DNA of 64,000 nucleotides from positions 4,469-68,468 of the forward strand of contig JAIEMQ010000041.1 in assembly GCA_019752015.1 (NCBI GenBank). The letters are read 5' to 3'. The notes under the pieces are model-generated. The model saw only the letters and a list, made by a program, of their open reading frames with translations, was not told the DNA's origin and did no database searches. How positions within the stretch are numbered: position 1 is the first letter of the stretch; each line of letters begins with the position of its first letter. A program made the translations under genes and the position numbers. The DNA is from Cyanobacteriota bacterium (GTDB taxonomy: Bacteria > Acidobacteriota > Vicinamibacteria > Vicinamibacterales > UBA2999). Positions 56,651 to 64,000 of this stretch are shown here, piece by piece.

Positions 56651-57243
56651 TCGATCCGAAGCCCGTGACTCTCGAGCGCGACGGCATTCGCCTCGAGCCG
56701 TTATCGCCCGAGCATCACGACGGTCTCGTCGCCGCGGCAACAGATGGCGAGTTGTGGAAGCTGTGGTTTACATCGGTGCCGGAGCCGGGCACGGTCGCCA
56801 ATTACATCCGTGATGCCGCGAAAGGGCAGAGCGACGGCCACATGCTGCCGTGGGCGGTCCGCGATCTGAAGACCAACACCATCGTCGGCAGCACGCGCTA
56901 CCACGACATCGTCGCCGCGATCGATCGCGTCGAGATTGGCTACACCTGGTACGCACAACGCTGCCAGCGCACCAACGTCAACACCACCTGCAAGCTGCTC
57001 CTGCTCGAGCACGCCTTCGATAAGCTGGGATGCGCTGTTGTCGGCCTTCGCACCGACAACTTCAACTTCCGATCGCAGAAGGCGATCGAAGCACTCGGCG
57101 CGAAGAAAGATGGCGTCCTGAGGCGTCACCAGGCACGGCGCGATGGCACCGTGCGTGATTCCGTGATGTACTCGATCTTGAAGGAAGAATGGCGGGATGT
57201 TCGCCGCCACCTGGAACTGCGTTTAGAACGGAACAGCACCTAA
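56647..57243 (+). CDS. GNAT-family N-acetyltransferase (RimJ/RimL-like, Acetyltransf_3)
   Basis: 198 aa. IRLEPLSPEHHDGL, EIGYTWYAQRCQRTNVNT and SQKAIEALGAKKDGVLRRH. The GTG start overlaps the upstream stop (GTGA). Confidence 0.85.
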   Translation: MIDPKPVTLERDGIRLEPLSPEHHDGLVAAATDGELWKLWFTSVPEPGTVANYIRDAAKGQSDGHMLPWAVRDLKTNTIVGSTRYHDIVAAIDRVEIGYTWYAQRCQRTNVNTTCKLLLLEHAFDKLGCAVVGLRTDNFNFRSQKAIEALGAKKDGVLRRHQARRDGTVRDSVMYSILKEEWRDVRRHLELRLERNST

Positions 57244-57274
57244 CTTGGAAGCTGTAACCCGGGACCCGTAACCT

Positions 57275-59242
57275 TTAATCGGCGTTGGGATCTTCCAGGT
57301 AGGTGTAACCCATCAACGCCTCTTCGTAAAAACGAAGCAGGCGTCCTGCCTGGGTGTCCTGCATGCGGCCGGCGTTGATCGCGGCTTCGACGTCCCTGCG
57401 CAGCTTGCCCATCAGATCCTCGGCGTCGAACTCGACGTACTCGAGCACCTGCTTGACGCTGTCGCCCTTGATGATGTGCTCGACGCGCGCGCCCTCGGTG
57501 TGGTCGATGCCGTTCTCGCCGAGCGAGATGTGCACCGCGTGCGTGTCGCCGAACAGGTTGTGCAGGTCGCCGAGAATTTCCTGGTACGCGCCGACCAGGA
57601 ACACGCCGAGGTAATACGGCTCGCCGTTGAACTTGTGCAACATGATGGTCTTCTTCACGTCGCGGCGATCGATGAACTGATCGAGCTTGCCGTCGGAATC
57701 GCAGGTGATGTCGCTCAGCACCGCGTGATTGACCGGCCGCTCGTTGAGGCGGTGGATCGGCATCACCGGGAACAGCTGCTTGATCGCCCAGCTGTCCGGG
57801 ATCGACTGGAACAGCGAGAAGTTGCAGAAATAGGTGTCCGAGAGCATCTCTTCGAGCGCCTGCAGCTCTTCAGGCACTTCCGACATGCCCTGGCAGAGCT
57901 TGTAGATCTTTTCGCAGATCGCGAAGTAGAGATTCTCGGCGTGTGAGCGCTGTTCGAGCGTCAGGTAGCCGCCGCTGAACAGGTTCATCGCCATGTCCAG
58001 TGCCTGCTGCGCGTCGTGATACGTCTCGAGGGCGTTGCGCTGCGTGACGTTCTTGTAGGCCTCGATCAGGTCGACCAGCGGCTGCTCGAATTCCTCTTTG
58101 ACCTCGAGCGGAATCTTCTCTTCGCCGAAGCCGAGCGTGCCGAGCACGTTGAACACCAGCATGCTGTGATACGCGGAGATGGCGCGGCCGCTCTCCGACA
58201 CGATCGTCGGATGCTTGACGCCGACTTCGTCGCACACCGTCTGGATGTGATAGACGACGTCGTTGGCGTACTCCTGCAGCGTGTAGTTCATCGACGATTC
58301 GAAGTTGGTCTGCGAACCGTCGTAATCGACGCCGAGCCCGCCGCCAACGTCCATGTACTGCAGGCCGGCGCCCTGCTTGGCGAGCTCGCAGTAAACGCGG
58401 GCCGCTTCGTTCAGCGCGCCCTTGATGATGCGGATGTGCGTGATCTGGCTGCCGAGATGGAAGTGGAGCAGCTTGAGGCAGTCCTCCATGCCGCGCTTCT
58501 TCAGTTCCTCGAAGCCGCGCAGGATTTCCGTGACGGTCAGGCCGAACTTCGAGCGGAAGCCGCCGGACGACTGCCAGCGTCCCGAGCCGCGCGCGGCGAG
58601 CTTGACGCGCATGCCGATGTTCGGGCGCACGCCGACCTTCTCGGCGTACTCGAGCACCAGCTCGAGCTCGGTGTACTTCTCGACGACGGGGATGATCTGG
58701 CGGCCCATCTTCTGCGCCAGCATCGCCATCTCGATGAATTCGAAATCCTTGAACCCGTTGCAGATGATCGGCGTGTCGTTGGTGGCCATTGCCGACACGG
58801 CGAGCAGCTCCGGCTTGCTGCCGGCCTCGAGCCCGAAGCCGTACTGCGCGCCGAAGTTCAGCACTTCTTCGACCACCTGCCGCTGCTGGTTGACCTTGAT
58901 CGGATAGACGCAGCAGTACTTGCCCTGGTACTGGTTCTGGTTGATCGCGTTCTGGAACGCCCCATGGATCTCGCCGAGGCGGTGCTTCAGGATGTCGGTG
59001 AAGCGAATCAGGATCGGCACCGCGAGGCCGCGGAGCTGCAGGCGATCGACCAGGCGTTTGAGGTCCACGCTCCTGGCCGGCTCCTTGGTGGGATGGACCT
59101 GCAGGTGGCCCTGCTCGTTGACGGAGAAGTAGCCTTGTCCCCAGCGTGGCACGTCATACAACTCGGCGGCCTCGGTGGCCGACCAGGGTGACGTGCCGGG
59201 ACTTGCTCCGGTCATCAGGCGTCCGCCTGCCAGTGTGCTCAT
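57275..59242 (-). CDS. speA: Biosynthetic arginine decarboxylase
   Basis: 655 aa. YDVPRWGQGYFSVNEQGHL. PLP-lysine context YPIKVNQQRQVVEEV. Characteristic C-terminal region. Confidence 0.93.
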   Translation of the reverse strand: MSTLAGGRLMTGASPGTSPWSATEAAELYDVPRWGQGYFSVNEQGHLQVHPTKEPARSVDLKRLVDRLQLRGLAVPILIRFTDILKHRLGEIHGAFQNAINQNQYQGKYCCVYPIKVNQQRQVVEEVLNFGAQYGFGLEAGSKPELLAVSAMATNDTPIICNGFKDFEFIEMAMLAQKMGRQIIPVVEKYTELELVLEYAEKVGVRPNIGMRVKLAARGSGRWQSSGGFRSKFGLTVTEILRGFEELKKRGMEDCLKLLHFHLGSQITHIRIIKGALNEAARVYCELAKQGAGLQYMDVGGGLGVDYDGSQTNFESSMNYTLQEYANDVVYHIQTVCDEVGVKHPTIVSESGRAISAYHSMLVFNVLGTLGFGEEKIPLEVKEEFEQPLVDLIEAYKNVTQRNALETYHDAQQALDMAMNLFSGGYLTLEQRSHAENLYFAICEKIYKLCQGMSEVPEELQALEEMLSDTYFCNFSLFQSIPDSWAIKQLFPVMPIHRLNERPVNHAVLSDITCDSDGKLDQFIDRRDVKKTIMLHKFNGEPYYLGVFLVGAYQEILGDLHNLFGDTHAVHISLGENGIDHTEGARVEHIIKGDSVKQVLEYVEFDAEDLMGKLRRDVEAAINAGRMQDTQAGRLLRFYEEALMGYTYLEDPNAD

Positions 59243-59309
59243 CTCTTAGTTAGAAGAATACAAGATGCTCGTTCATTTTTTTCGGATGAATCGAGAAAAA
59301 ATGTAGCCT

Positions 59310-59507
59310 GTGGCGATGGCAACCCAGGTTCCGGCGATCAAGGTCTTGCTGCTGCCGAAAGACAACGCGCTCGGCACCATCTTCGGCGGCGCCATCCCCT
59401 CGCACATCGACCTGGCGTCGGCGGTCGAAGCGCGCAAGGTGACGGAGGCGGAAGTGGTGCTCGTCGCCGTCGGGCCTGACGAAGCGCCGGTACCAATTCG
59501 TCCTTAG
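59310..59507 (+). pseudogene. Possible 5' fragment of a hotdog-fold acyl-CoA thioesterase (YciA-like)
   Basis: 65-aa ORF. LLLPKDNALGTIFGGAIPSHIDLASAVEARK resembles the N-terminal half of YciA-type thioesterases (P.D.N..G.iFGG.i....D.A). The frame ends in a TAG that is also the first bases of the tandem octamer array. Confidence 0.4.
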
Positions 59508-59537
59508 GCACCCAGGCACCGAGGCACCCAGGCACCT
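59506..59537 (+). repeat. Tandem octamer array (AGGCACCN)x4 ending 2 nt before the thrB ATG
   Basis: AGGCACCC, AGGCACCG, AGGCACCC, AGGCACCT, read directly. ATG at 59540. Confidence 0.95.
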
Positions 59538-59539
59538 GA

Positions 59540-60475
59540 ATGATTGCAGTCTTCGCTCCCGGATCGGTTTCTAACGTCGCGTGCGGCTTCGACATCATGG
59601 GGTTTGCACTCGAAGAACCCGGCGATGTGGTGGTTGCGGCGCCTCAGGACGATCCCGGTGTGTCGATTGCCGCGATCCACGGCGACGACGGCCGGTTGAC
59701 GACGGATCCGCTGAAGAACACCGCGTCGGCGGCGGTGCTCGCGCTGCTCGAGCGGCTCGAGACGACTCGCGGGGTCGCGTTGACGATTCACAAGGGCCTG
59801 CCGCTCGCGAGCGGCATCGGCAGCAGCGGCGCCAGCGCCGTCGCCGCGGTGGTGGCCGCCAACGAGCTGCTCGGCCGGCCGGCGCCGATGTCCATGCTGC
59901 TCGAGTGCGCGATGGCTGGAGAGTTTGCGGGCTGCGGCTCCGTCCATCCCGACAACGTCACGCCGTCGTTACATGGCGGCTTCATCCTCGCCCGCAGCGC
60001 GCAGCCGCCCGACATTGTCCGCCTGCCCGTGCCCGAAGGCCTGGCGTGCGCGGTTTTGCACCCGAAGATGGAAGTGGAGACCGGCGCCGCGCGGACGCTG
60101 CTCGGCAATCAGGTGGCGCTGAAGGATGCGACCAGGCAGTGGGCCAACGTCGGCGGCCTCGTCGCGGCGCTCTACACCTCTGATCTCGGGCTGCTGTCGC
60201 GATCGCTGGTCGACTCGATCGCGGAACCGAAGCGCGCCTCGCTCGTGCCCGGATTCTTCGACGTGAAGTCCGCCGCGATCGCCGCCGGCGCACTCGGCGC
60301 GAGCTTGTCCGGCTCCGGTCCGTCGATCTTCGCGCTCGCGCCATCACTCGAGATCGCCCGCGCCGCGGGTGACGCAATGCGAACCGCCTTCGCGCGCGCG
60401 AGCAACGTCGGCGCCGATCTCTGGGTGTGCCCTGTAGGTCGCAGCGGCGCGCGTGTCATAAGCAGCCACAGATGA
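59540..60475 (+). CDS. thrB: Homoserine kinase
   Basis: 311 aa. GHMP kinase motif GLPLASGIGSSGASAVAAVVA. N-terminal APGSVSNVACGFD. Adjacent to thrC. Confidence 0.9.
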   Translation: MIAVFAPGSVSNVACGFDIMGFALEEPGDVVVAAPQDDPGVSIAAIHGDDGRLTTDPLKNTASAAVLALLERLETTRGVALTIHKGLPLASGIGSSGASAVAAVVAANELLGRPAPMSMLLECAMAGEFAGCGSVHPDNVTPSLHGGFILARSAQPPDIVRLPVPEGLACAVLHPKMEVETGAARTLLGNQVALKDATRQWANVGGLVAALYTSDLGLLSRSLVDSIAEPKRASLVPGFFDVKSAAIAAGALGASLSGSGPSIFALAPSLEIARAAGDAMRTAFARASNVGADLWVCPVGRSGARVISSHR

Positions 60476-60693
60476 CACAGATTTCACAGATTAGAGCTCG
60501 CCCCGCGGCGCCGGTCGAAGACCGGCGCGCGCGTCGAACCGCCGACGATCGAAAATCAAGAGAGCATTCGTGACCCGGCGGGCTCTCTTGATTTCGATCG
60601 TCGGCGGTTCGACCGGCGGCCTTCGGCCGCCCGCGGGGCGAGCGCATTTGGTGAGCGCGCCGTCTTTAATCTGTGTAATCTGTGTAATCTGTG
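60467..60693. repeat. 227-bp foldback element between thrB and thrC, with terminal inverted arrays of three 9-mers (CACAGATGA, CACAGATTT, CACAGATTA ... TAATCTGTG x3)
   Basis: Inner arms pair as follows. GAGCTCGCCCCGCGG (60494-508) pairs with CCGCGGGGCGAGC (60631-43). TCGAACCGCCGACGATCGAAAATCAAGAGAGC (60535-65) pairs with GGCTCTCTTGATTTCGATCGTCGGCGGTTCGA (60581-612). Each arm also carries a local hairpin (60509-28 and 60612-30). The thrB stop codon lies inside the first 9-mer. Confidence 0.9.
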
Positions 60694-60701
60694 GATCCCA
60701 A

Positions 60702-61997
60702 ATGATCTGCGTCAGCACGCGCGGGAAGGCGCCGGCGGTTTCACTCAAGGACGCCGTCCTCGCCGGGCTCGCGCCCGATGGCGGACTCTACGTGCCGCAG
60801 ACGATTCCACGAAAGCCAGCGTCGTGGTGGTCGGCGCTGCGCGGCAAGTCGTTTCACGACATCGCCATCGCGATCGCGCTCGAGCTGGCCGGCGATGAAT
60901 TCGATCACGCCACGATCACCAATCTCGTCCGCGAAGCGATCAACTTCCCGGTCCGCATCGTCGAGCTGGAAAAAGGCCTCGCTGTGCTCGAGTTGTTTCA
61001 CGGCCCGACGTTCGCCTTCAAGGATTTTGGCGCGCGTACGCTAGCCCGCCTGCTTGCCCTGAGCGAGCGTGGCGCCGCTGCCAGCGGCGGCACGCGAGTC
61101 GAAGGGATCACGATCCTCGTGGCGACGTCGGGCGATACGGGCAGCGCGGTCGCGAACGCGTTTTTCGGCGTCGACGGCACGCGCGTCGTCGTGTTGTATC
61201 CGGAGGGTAAGGTCAGCGACGTCCAGGAAGCGCAGTTCACCACGCTCGGCGGCAACGTGGCCGCCGTTGCAGTCGCCGGAACATTCGATGACTGCCAGCG
61301 TCTCGCGAAGGAAGCCTTCGCCGATCCAGCGCTGCAATCGCGCGTGAAGCTGACGTCCGCGAACTCGATCAGCCTCGGCCGGCTGCTGCCGCAAATGTTC
61401 TATTACGCGTACGCGTCGCTGCAGTCCTCCGCGGACCGGCAGTTGACGATTTCAGTCCCGTCGGGCAACTTCGGCAATCTCGTCGCCGGCGTGATGGCGT
61501 GGAAGATGGGCGCCGAGATTCAATGCTTCCGCGCCCCGACTACCATCAACGACACGGTGCCACGCTACTTCGAGTCCGGCCGCGTCGAGCCAAGGCCGTC
61601 GATGCAGACCCTTGCAAATGCGATGGACGTCGGCAATCCGAGCAACCTCGAGCGGCTGCAGTGGCTGTTCGGCGGCGATCTGGCGGCCATGAAAGCCGTG
61701 ATCACGACAATGCCGTTCAACGATGACGATGTGCGCAGGGCGATCGCGACGCTGTTCGAGAAATACGGATACGTGGCCGATCCGCACACCGCGATCGGTT
61801 ATCTCGGCGTGCCGCAGAAGCGGACCGGTTTGACGTTGTTCCTGGCCACCGCACACCCTGCAAAGTTTCGAGAAGTCGTGCAGCCCGTGATCAAAAGGGA
61901 CGTCCCGCTGCCTGATGCGTTGGCCGAAACGATTGCACGCAAGAAACACGTGCAACGCATCAGCCCGCGGCTTGCTGAGCTATCGAAGTTGTTATGA
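60702..61997 (+). CDS. thrC: Threonine synthase
   Basis: 431 aa from ATG 60702. GGLYVPQ. PLP-lysine motif FHGPTFAFKDFG. TSGDTGSAV. The upstream extension of ORF 60570.. reads through the foldback and is rejected. Confidence 0.92.
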   Translation: MICVSTRGKAPAVSLKDAVLAGLAPDGGLYVPQTIPRKPASWWSALRGKSFHDIAIAIALELAGDEFDHATITNLVREAINFPVRIVELEKGLAVLELFHGPTFAFKDFGARTLARLLALSERGAAASGGTRVEGITILVATSGDTGSAVANAFFGVDGTRVVVLYPEGKVSDVQEAQFTTLGGNVAAVAVAGTFDDCQRLAKEAFADPALQSRVKLTSANSISLGRLLPQMFYYAYASLQSSADRQLTISVPSGNFGNLVAGVMAWKMGAEIQCFRAPTTINDTVPRYFESGRVEPRPSMQTLANAMDVGNPSNLERLQWLFGGDLAAMKAVITTMPFNDDDVRRAIATLFEKYGYVADPHTAIGYLGVPQKRTGLTLFLATAHPAKFREVVQPVIKRDVPLPDALAETIARKKHVQRISPRLAELSKLL

Positions 61998-62004
61998 TCG
62001 AGGC

Positions 62005-63840
62005 ATGTCGTCGCCAGCCGCGCCCGCGGCATCGCTAGTTCCGGCCCGCGAGTCGCTCGATCAGAAATATACGTGGGATCTCACGTCGATCTTTGCCAGC
62101 TGGGATGCTTGGGAGCAGGCGTTCACCGAGCTCGACCGCGGCATCGAGGCCTATAAGAAATACGAGGGCACGCTGGCGCAGGGCGGCGAGCGGCTGTTGA
62201 GCGCGCTCACCGATCGCGACCAGCTCGGACAGCTGAGTTACAAGGTCTGGTATTACCCGTCACTGCAGTACGACGAGGATCAGCGCAACAACACCATCAA
62301 CGCGCGCCGGCAGCGCGTGCAGTTGCTGATCGCCAAGTGGCAGCAGGCGGTGTCGTGGTTCCAGCCCGAATTGCTGAAGTTGCCTCTGGCAACGGTGCGG
62401 CAGTGGATGGACTCGACGCCCGGGCTCGCGACGTATCGCTTTGCGATCGAAGAAGTGTTCCGGCTTCAGGAACACGTCCTCAACGAGCAGGGTGAGCGGC
62501 TGTTGTCGCTGACCGAGCGGCTCGGCAGCGTGCCGAAGGACTCATACGCGGCGCTGTCGACCGCGGATGCGCGCTTCCCGACCATCGCGCTCTCCACGGG
62601 CGAGACGACGCAGGTCAGCTACGGACAGTATCGAAAATTGCTGGCAACGTGCCGATCGCAGGACGATCGCCGCAAGGCGTACGAAGCGCTTTACGACACC
62701 TACACCGCGAGCCTCAATACCTACGCCGCGATCTACAACGGCGTGATGCACGGCGACTGGTTCGAAGCGCGCGCCCGCGGCTACAAGACCACGCTCGATG
62801 CGGCGCTCTTCGGCAACGCCATCCCGACGAGCGTCGTCGAGAACCTGATCCGCGAGACCAAGAACGGCGTCGGCCCGTTTCGCCGGTATCACAAGCTGCG
62901 AAAGCGCGTCCTGAAGCTGCACGACTATTACGTGTTCGATGCGTTCGTGCCGCTCGTGGAGCACGACGTCAAGTACGCGTACGACGATGTGCTCGATTGG
63001 ATCGTCGAGTCGGTGGCGCCGCTCGGGCCGGAGTATCAGGCGAGAGTGCGGCGGGCATTTGCCGAGCGGTGGATCGACGTCTACGAGAACCAGGGCAAGC
63101 GAAGCGGCGCGTACTCCGCGCCGGTGTACGGCGGCAATCCGTACATGCTGATGAACTACAACGACACGCTCGACGCGGTGTTCACGCTGTCGCACGAGCT
63201 CGGCCACTCGATGCACACGATGCTGTCGCACGAGACGCAGCCCTTCGTCTATGCCGGCTACACGATCTTCGTTGCGGAAGTCCCGTCGACGCTGAACGAA
63301 GCGCTGTTGCTGGACTTCATGCTCGCCCGCGCCAAATCGAAGGAAGAGCGGGTCGTCCTGTTGCAGCACGCCATCGACAACATTGTCGGCACCTTCTACA
63401 ACCAGGTGCTGTTCGCGGACTTCGAGCTCGAGGCGCATCGCCTGGTGGAGAAGGATCAGCCGATCACGTCGGAGACGCTGAGCGGGATTTACTCCAAGCT
63501 GCTTGGCGAGTACTGGGGTGATGCGTTATCGCCCGATCAGCGGGCGCAGCACACCTGGGCGCGCATTCCGCATTTCTTCCAGTCGCCCTACTACGTCTAT
63601 CAATACGCGACCTGCTTCGCGTCGACCGCGAAGCTGATGGAAGAGATCGGCGAGAAGGACGCGGCCAGCCACAAGGCCGCGGTCGATCGCTATCTGACGC
63701 TGCTGAAGTCGGGCGGCTCCGACCATCCGATGACTTTGTTGCAGAAGGCCGGCGTCGATCTCAGCAAGCCCGAGACCGTCAGGGCCGTGTCGTCACAGCT
63801 CGACGGTCTCGTCGACAAATTGGAACGCGAGTTGGAGTGA
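62005..63840 (+). CDS. pepF: Oligoendopeptidase F (M3B metallopeptidase)
   Basis: 611 aa from ATG 62005 with GAGG upstream. Zinc motif HELGHSMH. The downstream E (VAEVPSTLNE) and the overall length fit PepF. Confidence 0.88.
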   Translation: MSSPAAPAASLVPARESLDQKYTWDLTSIFASWDAWEQAFTELDRGIEAYKKYEGTLAQGGERLLSALTDRDQLGQLSYKVWYYPSLQYDEDQRNNTINARRQRVQLLIAKWQQAVSWFQPELLKLPLATVRQWMDSTPGLATYRFAIEEVFRLQEHVLNEQGERLLSLTERLGSVPKDSYAALSTADARFPTIALSTGETTQVSYGQYRKLLATCRSQDDRRKAYEALYDTYTASLNTYAAIYNGVMHGDWFEARARGYKTTLDAALFGNAIPTSVVENLIRETKNGVGPFRRYHKLRKRVLKLHDYYVFDAFVPLVEHDVKYAYDDVLDWIVESVAPLGPEYQARVRRAFAERWIDVYENQGKRSGAYSAPVYGGNPYMLMNYNDTLDAVFTLSHELGHSMHTMLSHETQPFVYAGYTIFVAEVPSTLNEALLLDFMLARAKSKEERVVLLQHAIDNIVGTFYNQVLFADFELEAHRLVEKDQPITSETLSGIYSKLLGEYWGDALSPDQRAQHTWARIPHFFQSPYYVYQYATCFASTAKLMEEIGEKDAASHKAAVDRYLTLLKSGGSDHPMTLLQKAGVDLSKPETVRAVSSQLDGLVDKLERELE

Positions 63841-63843
63841 CGC

Positions 63844-63924
63844 GGTCCGCCTAGAGGCGGACCCTCACAGGATTGAGCGCGGGCCCCCAACGGATTATTG
63901 TGAGGGTCCGGCTTTAGCCGGACC
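63844..63924. repeat. REPIN-like doublet: GGTCCGCC-TAGA-GGCGGACCCTCACA, a 29-nt spacer, then TGTGAGGGTCCGGC-TTTA-GCCGGACC
   Basis: Two copies of the hairpin family seen at 51771-51965, in inverted orientation. The stems differ by a compensated pair (CC/GG versus GC/GC). Confidence 0.85.
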
Positions 63925-63932
63925 AATTTGAT

Positions 63933-64000
63933 CTAGTCGATTCGCAGTGCAGCGAGTGGATCGATCCGCATCGCCTTCCTCGCCGGCACCAGCGCCGCCA
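63933..64000 (-). CDS. 3' end of an FtsX-domain ABC permease (partial; continues beyond the window)
   Basis: Reverse translation gives ..AALVPARKAMRIDPLAALRID*, the conserved C-terminal tail of FtsX/MacB/ADOP-type permeases. Confidence 0.6.
   Translation of the reverse strand, partial: AALVPARKAMRIDPLAALRID

Noticed and set aside
60467-60693. Considered a threonine attenuator or T-box leader as the explanation for the thrB-thrC structure
   Set aside because: There is no leader peptide with Thr/Ile codon runs, no T-box specifier/antiterminator layout, and no terminator U-tract. The terminal tandem-9-mer symmetry is not a feature of those leaders.
60570-60701. Upstream extension of the thrC ORF (MTRRALLISIVGG...VICVICVICGSQ)
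   Set aside because: It reads through the right arm and the TAATCTGTG repeats of the foldback. Threonine synthase homology starts at the ATG at 60702.

Overview
GC-rich bacterial chromosomal segment, roughly 62-66% G+C by eye. The gene content fits Acidobacteriota best (inference): two very large TonB-dependent receptors with carboxypeptidase-regulatory domains, a split MacAB-type efflux system with a Gly/Arg-rich adaptor, an FtsX/ADOP-like permease tail, and a PQQ dehydrogenase with ThuA pairs.

The window opens inside a CRISPR array of 18 identical 36-bp repeats (1-1272). No cas gene is recognisable in the 62 kb that follows.

About 55 protein-coding genes follow:
- a two-component system and a secreted TBDR / TPR / NHL-propeller operon;
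- a TerB-like gene and a GYF-AIM24 gene;
- a PAS histidine kinase;
- a redox and transport block;
- a divergent CoA-ester catabolic cluster (ACS-family MFS, short citryl-CoA-lyase-like protein, SucD-like acylating aldehyde dehydrogenase, ALS-like ThDP enzyme), next to a second TBDR, a PQQ dehydrogenase and two ThuA genes;
- a VapBC pair;
- MacAB-like efflux;
- a SahR-like regulator followed by metH;
- a DUF349 protein coupled to a MerB-like protein;
- a penicillin-acylase-family lipoprotein;
- speA, thrB, thrC and pepF.

I recognised no tRNA, rRNA, transposase, integrase or reverse transcriptase.

The most unusual signal is not a gene. It is a pervasive set of short tandem-repeat arrays (6-11-nt units, 3-5 copies), which occur in three settings:
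1. They fill whole stop-to-start intergenic spacers (12630, 34321, 54202, 59506).
2. They form the terminal inverted arms of foldback elements (22999-23123, 43324-43396, 60467-60693).
3. They sit in frame inside coding sequences: twice in metH, once in the TerB-like gene.

Two core motifs (GGTTCC/GGAACC and CACAGAT) recur at separate loci.

A separate REP/REPIN-like hairpin family (TGTGAGGGTCCGSC-loop-GSCGGACC) occurs at 51771-51965, where it is partly amplified as a 42-43-bp tandem array, and at 63844-63924.

A decay zone at 54.2-56.3 kb holds two frameshifted genes. It also holds a C-terminally truncated DNA methyltransferase on a low-GC island and a GNAT gene lacking a canonical start.

A degenerate CRISPR-repeat-like sequence lies 9.3 kb from the array, inside a low-GC gap that does not look coding.

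All functional calls come from motif recognition in the supplied translations; no database search was run.
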